This document shows, one piece after another, positions 48,577 to 59,788 of a stretch of DNA of 64,000 nt (the first letter of the stretch is position 1; every line of letters starts with the position of its first letter). The position numbers and the translations under genes are program-made. The stretch comes from Flectonema sp. DT1601. Lineage: Eukaryota. The notes beneath the pieces were generated by a model. The model did no database searches. It worked only from the letters and a program-made list of their open reading frames with translations, and was not told the DNA's origin. The stretch lies in the NCBI GenBank assembly GCA_964019425.1, contig OZ025782.1, forward strand, positions 1,674,001-1,738,000, in the 5' to 3' direction.

Positions 48577-49841
48577 GCTGTGATTTTTTCCCCTCTATTT
48601 TCCTTTTTGCTGGACGGCATTTAATGTGAAAAAAGCACAATCAATTTTTTTTTGTTCGTTTCTTTAAAAAAAAATATTAAATAGACTAGGGATGGCTGTT
48701 AGAAGGAGAAACAAAAAAAAAAAAAAATAAGGAACGAAAGAAAAAAAAAAAAAAAAAAAAACTAAACTCATTTTCGACTTATAGAGTTATGTTTTTTTTT
48801 TACTTTTGTATTTTTTTTAAAATTTTTTAATTTTGTTTTGTTTGTTACTTCTTCTTTCCATTAAAAAAAAAAAATAATCTTTTTTGGAACTCATGCAGTG
48901 ATCCTATGCTATATAATAATTAGCTAGTAAGTAGATTTGCAAAACAAGATTTCCATCACTTTTTTTTAGGTTTTTCATCTTTATGTTTTTTGAGTACCTA
49001 AAGAAGAGTGATACTCATCTATAGATGAGGATAGGTGATTAGTTTGCTTGTCGTAACCTCCGGGTGTCTGTTTTTTCTTTTTTTTTCAACATTGCGTTGA
49101 TTCTTTTTTTTTTTTCAATTTAGTTACCCAGGATGCTGCCCTTACTTGCTTCGACACACTCAAGCGTTCCTTCTATCTCCTGAAGTTGTTTATATCTTGT
49201 TGGCTTTCTTTACAGTTTTTTTCCCCATTTTTTTTCGAACCTGCCAAGAAAAAACTGTTTTATTATTATTAATTATGGCTGTATCACAGCGTCCCATAAA
49301 AAAAAAAAAAAACATTATGGGCTTTTTTTTTTCTTTTAAAAGTGAGAAAATGCTTTTGAAAGAGCTATAAAAAAGTTTTTTTTTTTTTTTCAATTATTTT
49401 TTTTTAGTGTTTGCACCAAACTGACCCCTGTAAGTCTACAAAAACGTATTCTATGACAGGAAAGTAGCGCAAATCTATGAAATTGGTATTTTTGGTGAGC
49501 CCATTTTAAGAGAGGCGCTACACCGTGATGAACATCGCTTTATTAATTCTTTTTTTTTTTTTCCCTTTTCAATCTTACCAGATATATAACTTTGTTGGCT
49601 AAAATTCATCTTTTAGCAGCGACACATTATTTTCACTGTACAGTGTATATGTTAAGACCTCCTTATCTGGTCATCCGCTGCCTTTTATTGGTAGCGTTTT
49701 TTTTTTTTTTTTTGTTTGTTTGTTTGTTTCTCCTTGCGTATTGAGCCACGACCAAATTCAACTGAGCAAAAGATCCCAACACGTTCATATTATCTAATTT
49801 TCAAGGAAGATGAAGGGACTATGTTATTTTCCCATAAAATA

Positions 49842-50002
49842 ACTATTCAGGTTAGCCTTATATTTCGTTGAACGAAGCACGGTGTTTGGTTTGATTCCTG
49901 ATCATAGTTTTTCATTGAGCGTAGACAGAATCCTGTCACACGGGGGAAAATAAATTATGGCCATTGGAAATAACGGCTTTCAATCTGAAAAATTTCTTCT
50001 CC
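49842..50002. repeat. Dispersed repeat family A, copy 3 (longest; followed by polyA)
   Basis: ACTATTCAGGTTAGCCTTATATTTCGTTGAA..AGACAGAATCCTGTC..AAATAACGGCTTTCAATCTGAAAAATTTCTTCTCC. Confidence 0.65.
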
Positions 50003-52159
50003 AAAAAAAAAAAAAAAAACACGTTTGTGTTTTGAAATAAAGGAGGAAAGACACTTTTATTGTTCTTACAATCTGAGTTTTCGGAGAAAAGAGATTTGTG
50101 TACTTTCCTATTTCCTTTATCAAGATTGTGTATTTGTTGTGCACAAATGAAAGTATGAGTGAAGTTGGATTGATTTTTTTTTTTTTTTTTTTAATGTTCA
50201 TTTTAAGTTATTGAACAAACTAAAAATTACGATTTTTTTTTTTTTTTTGCATCCACATTTTTGTGTGGAAGGAAATATTATTGACCCGATCACAGTTCAC
50301 AATTCCGTTCTCCGTTTTTGCTCTCCGTGTTTTTCTCCCTTTTTCTTTTCTCTAGTTGTGTTGAAACTAAACCAAACCAACATATTACTTTTTAGGTTGA
50401 ATCGTTCGACTGCGAAAAAGCAAAAAAACGTTTGTTGTGTGTGTTTCGTAAAGGGTTTTCTAATGTCTGAGTAGCAGCGCCCTGCACAAGCGATTCTTTA
50501 ACCCCCATTATACCATACTTGATTGCAATTTCGAAGATTTTATCCTATGAAAGCTTTTTTTTGAGATAAGAAAAATGGGTTTAGACAAAAATCCTTTTTT
50601 TTTCCCCATTGTAGAATCTTACTACTGATGACCCTCTCTCTTTTCCCCCCTCCATTTTTATTTATTTTTATTTTTTGCTGATTCGCGCATTGACCATTGT
50701 CAGAACACATTCGACCTTCCCTCGCTTTTATTTATACACCTGAAATGCCGTTACTACTTAAGAAGTGCTTTTTCTTTTTTCTTTTCTCTCCGGAGTTGGC
50801 CTATTAATCAAATGAATAGATATATAAATCCACGTCTGTTGGAGGTGTTACAAACCTCAGGACTATCGCGTAACAACAAACTGTTTTTTTTTTCTCTTTC
50901 TTTTTTTCTCTTTTCAGTTAGTTTATTTCGCGTTGTTGGTTTCCCTTCAGCTGACAGTTTTTCCCTCTTTTTTTTTTTTTTTTTTTTTGAATAGTTTACC
51001 CCGTCTCTTTTTTTAAAAGCGCTGTAGTCACTATGCGCTGGGCGGAGTAATGCTTATTTGAAAAAAAATATTGGAAATGTTGTATTTTAATTTACTGCGC
51101 TTTTTGTATAAGTAGTTTTTTTTTCCTCTTTTTTTTTTTCTGAATGAGAGCTGTGCTCACCGGGTATTTTTCTCCGATAAGTCAGCTGTCGTTCCTTTTT
51201 TTTTTTCCTTCTTTTTCTCCCGTATTATTGGTGTGCAAAAAACAAATAAAAAGAAGAAAAAGAAAAAAAAAAAAAAGAAAAAAAAAAAAGAAACAATAGT
51301 ATTTCTTCGTTCAATCTTTTTCGTCTAACCTACTTATTGCGCCCTTGTAGTTTTTTTCTGTTTCGTGATGCATTTCAATAGGAAATTTGTTGCATTTTTT
51401 TTCTCTTTTTCTAACCTTACTTGCCTCGCGGGGTTTCGTTCTTTTCCCACCTTTCCCATCTATTGACATTATTATCAAACAGTTCTTACAAAATTGAATC
51501 TGACTTATGACGATGCACAATGTGTCATCCGATGGACTTAAACAAATTAATTTTAGCCCAAATCCCCATGTTGGGATTTTTTGAATGACCACACAACTTT
51601 GGAAAAGTAAAAAGGACATACGCCTATGGTATTATCAATTAATCTGAAAAATTAAAAAAAAATAAAAATAGAAATAAATAAAAAAAATTTAAATAATTTT
51701 TTTCTTTTTTTTCGATACTTGTTGTATCGTTATCTGTACCAAGAAAAAAAAAAAAAAAAAGATTCTTTAAAGAAAAAAAAAGGCGGCATTTATCGCAGGC
51801 AGCAGCAGCGTCACTGCACTGGATCGAAAACTATCAGGACACTTCGGAAAAACTGGAAAAAAAAAAAAAAGACTTCTGAAAAGACGTGTCTGATTCTCTC
51901 AAGGAATACTGTCCTGCCAAGCAAAAAATAAAGAAATCTTTGGGTTGTAGTCACCCCACGATACTTATATAGCTCACCTGTAGCATTGTTGAACGTTTTT
52001 TTTTTTTTTTTTTTTCCCCTCATGGTGTTTACATATAAATTAATAAATCTACTTACAATGAAACAGGATGATACAACACTGTAGATTGAACAAGAAAGTT
52101 GCTTATTTTTTTTGATATGTTGATATATATACTTAGCAACAGTTTTATAAACAAACATA

Positions 52160-52531
52160 ATGCTTTCTGGATATGCTGACTACAGTTTGTATGGATCAGT
52201 TCAGCAGCCAGCTTCACCAACTGCTGAACTAACTAAGGACGCTCCACTTCGTTGGAAGGCAGCAGAACCCGCAGATGCAAAGACAGAACAAAAATCTGTG
52301 GACATTAATAAAAGCGAAGCACTTAACTACTTCGGATACGGTGATTATAATTTAATTGGTGAGATGGAAGAACCACAAGAAGCAGCTCCCAAAGTCAGGC
52401 AATCATCACTTCATTACAAACAGCAAGTTACTGATCCTGTAGCTTCGCTAGACATCCCACAAGAAGGAGTTAAAAACGACTCATTCGAGCTGGGATATGG
52501 AACATACCAGCTTTACACTGGTGACGCTTAA
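52160..52531 (+). CDS. Small acidic protein with three GY(A/G)(D/T)YxL(Y/I) repeats
   Basis: 123-aa ORF of coding-like composition inside a long AT-rich region. Repeats GYADYSLYG, GYGDYNLIG and GYGTYQLYT. Confidence 0.75.
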   Translation: MLSGYADYSLYGSVQQPASPTAELTKDAPLRWKAAEPADAKTEQKSVDINKSEALNYFGYGDYNLIGEMEEPQEAAPKVRQSSLHYKQQVTDPVASLDIPQEGVKNDSFELGYGTYQLYTGDA

Positions 52532-53184
52532 AGTATTACACTCCCTTCTGATACATCAGATGTGGTGCAGCCATCCCCCTGTGTAATATGATTAACAAAT
52601 AAATGAGTATTTCCCCTCTTCGATCGTTCTAAATGTGAAATGATATACCATCGTGTAGAATGACTTCTCACGATGGAGTGAGTAAGTAACCGTAGCGTGT
52701 TTGCACGGTTTTTTGCGATGGGTGTGTAATTGACCTATTGTGAATCTGGGTTTGATTTCTTTTTTGAATAAGTATTTTTTCCCCCCTGCGGTTTAAACAG
52801 TTTGTTTGCTTTGCCTGTATGGGATACTGGCAAGCACATTTTTGCGATTTCTCTGGTGTTTTGTGTTGTCAAAAAAAAAAAAAAAACTGAGTTGAATTTA
52901 ATTTTCACAAAAGTGTACGGTCGCCTTTTCTTTAATCTTTTTCCCTTCTTGTTACTTTGGGATTCTATAAGTATAAATAAATAAATAAATAAATAAGTAC
53001 TCCTTTCCTTTTTCTTCTTATCTAGTTGCTTGTCGTTGTTCTATGTTATGTTTCTCTGAGTGCATCGTGCTGACTGTTTTGTTCATCGTCTTTGTTAGCG
53101 ACTATATTATCTTTTGCAACTGTTTATTTTTTTTTTCACCAAATCTTTTATTAAAATTGTGGTATAAAAAAAATATTGCAAAAT

Positions 53185-53215
<31 letters not shown>

Positions 53216-53550
53216 GGCATAATATTAAGTTAATTATTTCCTTTTTTTTACCCCCTAATCCCTTGGTTGGTGTCGTGTAAAACGATTTTTCCTCTAAGTT
53301 ATTTGTCAACAACAGTGATTTAAAGTAACTTAGATACTAGCTGTCACTTAATTAGACGGCCAGGACATTCTTTTTGTGTTAAAGAATACATCGATCGCCT
53401 ATGAATTTAAAAAAGAAAAAAAAAAAAAAAAAAAGAGAACGAATGGAAAATCATCTTATTTCGTGTTATACATGATTAGGGGAGTCTTGCATGAGTATTA
53501 TGCTGCATGCAGTGGGTCTGGGTCGTAACACTTCTGGTAAACGAATATCT

Positions 53551-53653
53551 CGCCTGAGAGTCTCACGGTTGTGGACCGAATTACTGGTACCCCGTGAGCT
53601 TCTCCAGAGGTTGTGACTTCACTGACTTACAACAAAGAAAGAAAAAAAAAAAA
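53551..53653 (+). repeat. Dispersed repeat family B, copy 2; contains an inverted copy of the 54686-55302 motif
   Basis: TGAGAGTCTCACG..TACTGGTACCCCGTGAGCTTCTCC..TGACTTC..AAAGAAAGAAAA. The reverse complement of 53552-53578 is CGGTCCACAACCGTGAGACTCTCAGGC. Confidence 0.55.
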
Positions 53654-53950
53654 TTGAATGACACAACCATTTCAAAAAGTTATTTCGGTCATCCTTTCAA
53701 ATGGGATCGACTAAAAAAGTCCTTCCTCCCCTTTCCTGGCACAGACGAGTCTCTTAGGTTGACTGATTGTCGTGCAACTAATCAAGTTCGCTCTAATTAT
53801 TAAAGCTACACATTCTACAGTGAACAACAGAACAATGGTTTTCTGATTTCTGAACTAGCAGCGAACAGAATCAAAAGCTTAATTATATTTCTTAGCATTA
53901 TTTAATATAACCCATATTTTAACCCTTTCTATAAGTTTTTATTACCAACC

Positions 53951-54607
53951 ATGAGTTCCTCGAAGCAGTCGCAGGTAGCAACCCAGAAGTCTTCAAAAAA
54001 GACTACAACCAAACATCCCTGCAGAAAAGATAGATTCAGAGCTGCGGTCATCCAAATTGGTGAGACACCTATGTTGAAATTAGACAATGGTGGTGAGTAT
54101 TATTTTGCTTACAGAAGCGTAAAGAAGAGACCTGGTGAACAAAGACAGATTCTGGTAGTTGGGGATATCGTAGACTGTAGATTGACTAAGACGATACCAG
54201 CTAAGGCGGTATCTATTAAAATTGTTTCAAAGCTACCACAACCGAAAGCAGAAAAAGATGTCATCCAAAACGTCTACCAGCACGACCCATATGCTGTACC
54301 TGACCTTATGTCGGAGTTAGGTGGAAAGGGAGGTGTAGATAGCGTTGTTGACAGCTATTTAGATTCTCTCTTGTCGCCTCCTAAGGCAACTTCGACACAA
54401 AAACAGAATAAATTAATGTCTATTGGAGATGATTTCCCTACTGATGTTATCTTCTTGGGTAAGACGCAACCATTCTCTGTAGATGAAGAAGAACTGGAGC
54501 AGCATTCGTTGATCCCAGAAGCTCCCAGTTGCATGCATTTCGATTACGAAATCAATCCCTTCGTTCCTCGAGTGAGGTCTACTTCGTGTCCTCCAATTAG
54601 GTGCTGA
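53951..54607 (+). CDS. Hypothetical protein with a possible cold-shock/OB-fold nucleic-acid-binding domain
   Basis: 218-aa ORF. GGEYYFAYRSV...LVVGDIVDCRL...AKAVSIKIV resembles the CSD/OB pattern (xFxHxSxI...LxxGDxVxF...AxxV). The domain call is tentative. Confidence 0.65.
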   Translation: MSSSKQSQVATQKSSKKTTTKHPCRKDRFRAAVIQIGETPMLKLDNGGEYYFAYRSVKKRPGEQRQILVVGDIVDCRLTKTIPAKAVSIKIVSKLPQPKAEKDVIQNVYQHDPYAVPDLMSELGGKGGVDSVVDSYLDSLLSPPKATSTQKQNKLMSIGDDFPTDVIFLGKTQPFSVDEEELEQHSLIPEAPSCMHFDYEINPFVPRVRSTSCPPIRC

Positions 54608-54685
54608 GTTCCTTTTCACCATCGTTGAAAGAAAATAGTGACTGAAACCAAAAATTGTTATTCTTTGTAACAAAGGGAGTGAGGC

Positions 54686-55302
54686 GTCCACACTAGCGCG
54701 TGAGGCTTTTCGCTCTTTTTCTTGTTTCAAAAAAAAAAAAAATCCTCTATTTGGTTTTTTTCGTGTATTTGCTTAGCCCTTTGACTTGTTCCGAGACCGC
54801 GTTTGATGTTTTCGGTTCCTTCAACCCTGTTACGACACGTGGCAGGCAGTTTATTTGTCTTTTCCAAATATCTTACTCCCCATGCTCAGCGACGGTCCAC
54901 ACTTGCGCGTGAGACCCTTTGAGCAGCTTTGTTTGGGAGTTTCTTATTACATTCACAGTGTTAAAAATCGCACAAGATTTTTTAAATATTTAAAAGAAAC
55001 AGAAAGAAACAAAAAAAAAAAAAATTCAAAATCTCAAAAAAAAAAAAAAAAAAAAAAATTGCATATTAGTAGCAAAGCTGAGGTCCACACTAGCGCGTGA
55101 GGCTGGCTTTGTTCTATTTATTTGCCTCTACACACTCTTCGTCGGGAAGGACGATCCTCGATTCGAGGAAATGTCTGTAGCCACTCTAATATTTCACTCT
55201 TTTCTTGTTTTATTGGTTTGCTCAGATAGTGTCTAAGAACAATTGCGAGGAAGAAAAGAAGAAAAAAAAGAATCCAGCAACGAGTCCACACTTGCGCGTG
55301 AG
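54686..55302 (+). repeat. Array of four 19-nt direct repeats GTCCACACT(A/T)GCGCGTGAG at about 200-bp spacing
   Basis: Copies at 54686-54704, 54895-54913, 55083-55101 and 55284-55302 (start-to-start 209, 188, 201 bp). The intervening sequences are not recognisably similar. Confidence 0.9.
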
Positions 55303-57349
55303 ACTCATGTCAGGCAGTTTTTTTTTTCATTCTTTTTTTCCCCTCTCAAGAGAACAAAAAAAAAAAAAAAAAAAGGGATATAGTATGCAGCAAGAAAACT
55401 GCAAGGATTATTTCAGACTTTAAATAGTGGTTAGCCGAACGTAGGGAAACGTGTTCTTGTTAACGGCAGAAAACTTCTTTCGTCATTGATTGCGGACAGC
55501 TCTTTACTGGGGAACATCACTTGTCTTTTTTTTTACTATCCTATAGCCCGATGCTCTATTGAATGTAGGTTATTGAGGTTGGGCTGTTTTTGCACTTATT
55601 TTCATTACTAGCGTCACTGGTTGTGTACCACAAAAAGAAAAAAAAAAGAATTTAAAAAAAAAAAAAAAAAAAACTAATCATTCTCAATTGAAGAAAAGTG
55701 TCGCACAGCTGCTCTAAGACAGATAACTTATGAAATCTTGTTTTAGCTCGAAAAAGCTTCCCATTTATTTTTTTTTTAAAATGATTTGAACGCCTTTCCT
55801 CCCTCTATAACACGTAACTGCGCGCGGGGCTTGATTGGTTTTTGTACCCTGTTGTCTGGCCGATCTTACTTCTCCCCACACCGTTTTGCGAGCAGGAATA
55901 GTTTTATGTCGTGTTGTCCAACTACACCCCCGTAAATTTTTTTTTTTTTTTTTTAAAAAAAAACTTTTTTTTTATAGTGCATATACATCCACTAGCAAAT
56001 GCTTGTGTCTACGTGAGTGATTGTCCCTCAGAGTCTTTGCAGCCTTCACGAATCTTTCGGTTGTGCACGAATAAAAAAAAAAAAAAAAAGAAGAAGAAGA
56101 AGAAGAAAAGAAATTATGTCTATACTATACAATATTCCTCACCAATTTCTATGAAAGAATTCTGATCAGATAAAACACCAAGGAAATATCAGTGCGAGTT
56201 GGTTATGTTGAAAAGAGGTTATTGTTTTTTTTTTTTCCCCTTCTTTTTCATCCTTTATGCGAACAGGTGTATTTCAATTCTATTTTATTTTTTTAATTTA
56301 GAAAAGTCTTCTTTGGATCACAAATCCCCTCGTGTGATTGTTAAAGATGATCTTATGTTTTCGCTGATTGTTTCTGAAGCCGATGTTTCTATTTTTCTTA
56401 TTTTGCAGAATCCCCCTTTTTTTTTTTTTTTTTTTTTTTCCCTTTTATATATAATTTTCTTTTGTTGTGTCTGCATAAGTGGTAGTGCTGAACGCTCTTA
56501 ATTTTCGTTTGATTTTCGCAACGTTCATGCCGAGGGTACTGGTTGCTTTCAGGTGATGCGAATTCATTCGGTTTTTAATATGTGTTTTGTCCTGCCTTTC
56601 CTCTCTCGTTTCTTCATAATCAACACCTCGCATATGAATGGTCCTTTTGATGTAGCCTGCCGAGGGATGTAAAGATGTAGTCCTGAAGAGTTACTACTTT
56701 AATCTTCTCAATCTATTTTGTTAAGTAGAGCAGCAGATCAATTTTTTTTTTTCATTTTCTTATTTTATTTTCTTTTTTATAAATTTTTGACTTTGTTTCC
56801 CTAATTCCTATGTTTTTGCACAAACATTTTTGCACTGTAGTCCAAGAAAAACCCGATTTTTTTTTTAAATTTTTTTTTTTTTTATTTCAGAAAAAAAATG
56901 AAGGGCTGGGGCTGTCTTTAACGACGACTGCCTGTGGAGAATGGTCACTCGTTCGGTTTGAAACTTCTTTCTGAGCTTATTTTATTTTTATCGATTTATT
57001 ATTTGACTGCGGTGCGTGTAAGGCATGGAAAAAAAAAAAAAAGATATAAAAAAAAGACGCTTCTTTCCATTTTTCATATTTTATTTATTCATTTATTTAT
57101 TTTAAAAAAATGATGCTTTGTCTTTACTTAGGAAAAAAAAAAAAAAAAAAAAAAAAAAAACAATAAAATAAAAAAAAACTCTCCGACCACGCATCTATCT
57201 CTAAGGTGATTTAAATATTTGATAAAAAATTAGTACACTTATATGTTTTTTTTTTGACACATGTTTCATAAAATGAGATTCATATTTTTTTATTATTATT
57301 GTTGTTGTCAGTGATAATAATTTATATTACGTATATTTAAATAGATAGA

Positions 57350-57985
57350 ATGAAGCTCTTACTGGGTAGCAGCTCTCCTCGTAGACTGGCTCTGCTCAAA
57401 GAAGCTGGCTACAGTGTCGAATGCGTCAAGGCTCATTGCGCTAAGGAAGACGGCGCCACTGCCGAAGCAAACGCAACGATAAAAGCACATGAAATAGTGA
57501 AAACCCTATCCAAAGAGGCTCAAGAAACGATTTTAATAACTGCTGACACGATGATGTTAATGCCTGGAACTACTTCAGAACTCGTCAGCAAACCAGAATC
57601 AATAGAAGAAGCCCATCAGATGTTCTCAACTTTAATGATGTCCCCACATAAGGTGTGTTGAAGGATCTTTTTCTTCTTCCCCCCCGAATAAGTTTTATGC
57701 AATCTCAACCAGGTGTCTACCGGGGTCTGTATGAGAAATCTGTTTACAGGTGAAGAACGACAGTTTACAGTGACGTCAATTATGACACTGAAAAGACTTA
57801 CTGAAGATGATCGCAATGACCTGTTCATTAAATCACCTCCACTCGATAAGGCTGGTGGTTACGATGTAAGCACAACACCAGAAATAATCGATACTTTGGA
57901 GGGATCGTATTCTAGTGTTGTAGGGCTTCCTATTGATGAAGTTAAAAAAATATTACAAGAATGGAATGTGAATCCAACGTTATAG
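57350..57985 (+). CDS. maf: Maf-family nucleoside triphosphate pyrophosphatase; intron 57653-57712
   Basis: LLLGSSSPRRLALL, ITADT, KP, DKAGGY and GSYSSVVGLP. The 60-nt intron joins two ORFs (191 aa). Confidence 0.9.
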
Positions 57986-58085
57986 ATTATTTTCAAGGGA
58001 CAATTCGATTTATTGAGGGTTGAAAATAACATTTTTTTTTTAAAACAGAATTTTAATCAGAAAAAAAAAAAAAAAAAAAAAAACC

Positions 58086-59438
58086 ATGAGACGACTGATA
58101 TTCATGAGAAAGGTGAAGGGAGCACAACTCACACCTTCGATGTGTGGGATCTTATTAGATAGAAGTAAAAACCACGTATCTCTTACTAACAGTAGCAGAA
58201 TTGACGTTACTGCAACTGAACTAAAAGGAACTACGCCAGACTCCGCAATCGCGGTCGGATCACTCATGGGAATGAGACGCCCCCACGAAACAGAACAACT
58301 ACCAACAGAATACAATCAAATAGCTATGTATAAAGCAAGGGGGATAAGCACAAAGGAAGCAGTCGATAAACTTGCTCAGATTCTTAGAAAATCACCAAAA
58401 GAAATATCAGTGGACAGTGACTACCCTCTTGACGTTAACGGAACACAAATACTTCACTTAGAAAATAGTGTGAAATATGGAAGCATCGTTAAAGCTAACC
58501 TCGCATACCAAACTATGATTCAACTGAAATGGAATTCAACTATCGGTAAGTTTATGATGTGGTATACCGATAATGAAAAACAGGGGAAGTCAGTCATACC
58601 TAGAAGACTAGACGGAACTGTCTCTCCCAAAACTGCAAAATATCTCCGATTTCATCCATATGGAAGTAGTAAAGGTTCGGTTCCCTATCAAGGACAGTTA
58701 TTAAAAATTACAGTTCCGGGAATTGTTATTCCAACTGAAAAAACACGTGAGAATATCAGATACAAAATAACTCAAAAAATTGAGTTTATGCGTCTAAATG
58801 GATGTGGAAATTTCTTTGATTCGAGTCAATGTGTGGAAGGTACTCACTATGCGAATATCGCTTGGAATATTTTAGCTTCGCTGAGACTTCGTCTTTCTTC
58901 TGATAAAGTTCTTAAAGGCGATATCGTCATCCGTGCTCCAGAGGATGATAGGAACTCAGTTAGTGCTAGTTTAGCTAAACGAATAGAAAGTGTTGAAGAA
59001 GCAAAGAGGTACAGAATATCAGACGTTGTCTTACCAATTCCAATTCACGGAAAACCATTGCAATCTACTGAAGAAATTATTGTTACAGGTAAGACTAAAG
59101 CTACAAAACAACTACTGCTTCCGACTCACTTATCAAATCCTCCTGGAGATCCGTATATCAATATTACAAAAATAGTTTCTGACAATTTTAATTATGAAGG
59201 TCACTGTATGGCGTATAGACGACTTGTGGTGGTACCTCGTAATGTTAATTTTAACTTTATGACATCGTATATGTCAAATGTTGATGATTTTTCCCCTCCT
59301 GGAACTGAACGGGTTTACGACAGTCCGTTGCTGGAAAATTTAAGATTCGTGTGTCGTTTACCACCTGGTGCGTCTCACGTTTCTATGTTAAGTTATATCG
59401 TGGGCGATGATCTTGACGACCAGTTTAAGATTTTTTAA
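58086..59438 (+). CDS. Degenerate TruD/PUS7-like protein, possibly mitochondrial
   Basis: MYKARGISTKEAVDKLAQIL, GCGNFF, GDIV, ISDVVLPIP, AYRRLVVVP and FVCRLPPGAS occur in TruD order. The GxKD catalytic motif is not recognisable. MRR- N-terminus. Confidence 0.65.
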   Translation: MRRLIFMRKVKGAQLTPSMCGILLDRSKNHVSLTNSSRIDVTATELKGTTPDSAIAVGSLMGMRRPHETEQLPTEYNQIAMYKARGISTKEAVDKLAQILRKSPKEISVDSDYPLDVNGTQILHLENSVKYGSIVKANLAYQTMIQLKWNSTIGKFMMWYTDNEKQGKSVIPRRLDGTVSPKTAKYLRFHPYGSSKGSVPYQGQLLKITVPGIVIPTEKTRENIRYKITQKIEFMRLNGCGNFFDSSQCVEGTHYANIAWNILASLRLRLSSDKVLKGDIVIRAPEDDRNSVSASLAKRIESVEEAKRYRISDVVLPIPIHGKPLQSTEEIIVTGKTKATKQLLLPTHLSNPPGDPYINITKIVSDNFNYEGHCMAYRRLVVVPRNVNFNFMTSYMSNVDDFSPPGTERVYDSPLLENLRFVCRLPPGASHVSMLSYIVGDDLDDQFKIF

Positions 59439-59788
59439 ATATAAACTTCTGGTAATCATCAGGTGGAATTTCCCTGTTTTTTTTTTTTTTTTTTTTTTTT
59501 TTTTTGTCTCGATTGTTGACAAAAAAAAAAAAAAAAAAAAATACATCAAAATATAATAGGAAACTCTTTCAACAGGCACAACAGTACTACATGTCTGTCG
59601 ACTTATCTATCAACGAATCGGGTATTTCATCATCTAATGGATAATTGTTTGTATTACCTGGTTCTTTCAGTTTCTTGGGGCGAATATTTTTTTTCTCCCC
59701 CAGTCAAGTAAAAAAAAAATTGTTAAAACTGTACTTACGATTATCAAACTATCACACCAACCCTTCGCAGGAAACAAATCACTTGATT

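Noticed and set aside
48577..52150. Short ORFs in the long spacer after GBA2
   Set aside because: Homopolymer-derived, with no domain signal.
54686..55302. CRISPR array interpretation of the 19-nt repeats
   Set aside because: Spacers are about 170-190 nt and homopolymer-rich, the repeats are short, there are no cas genes, and the context is an intron-containing eukaryotic genome.
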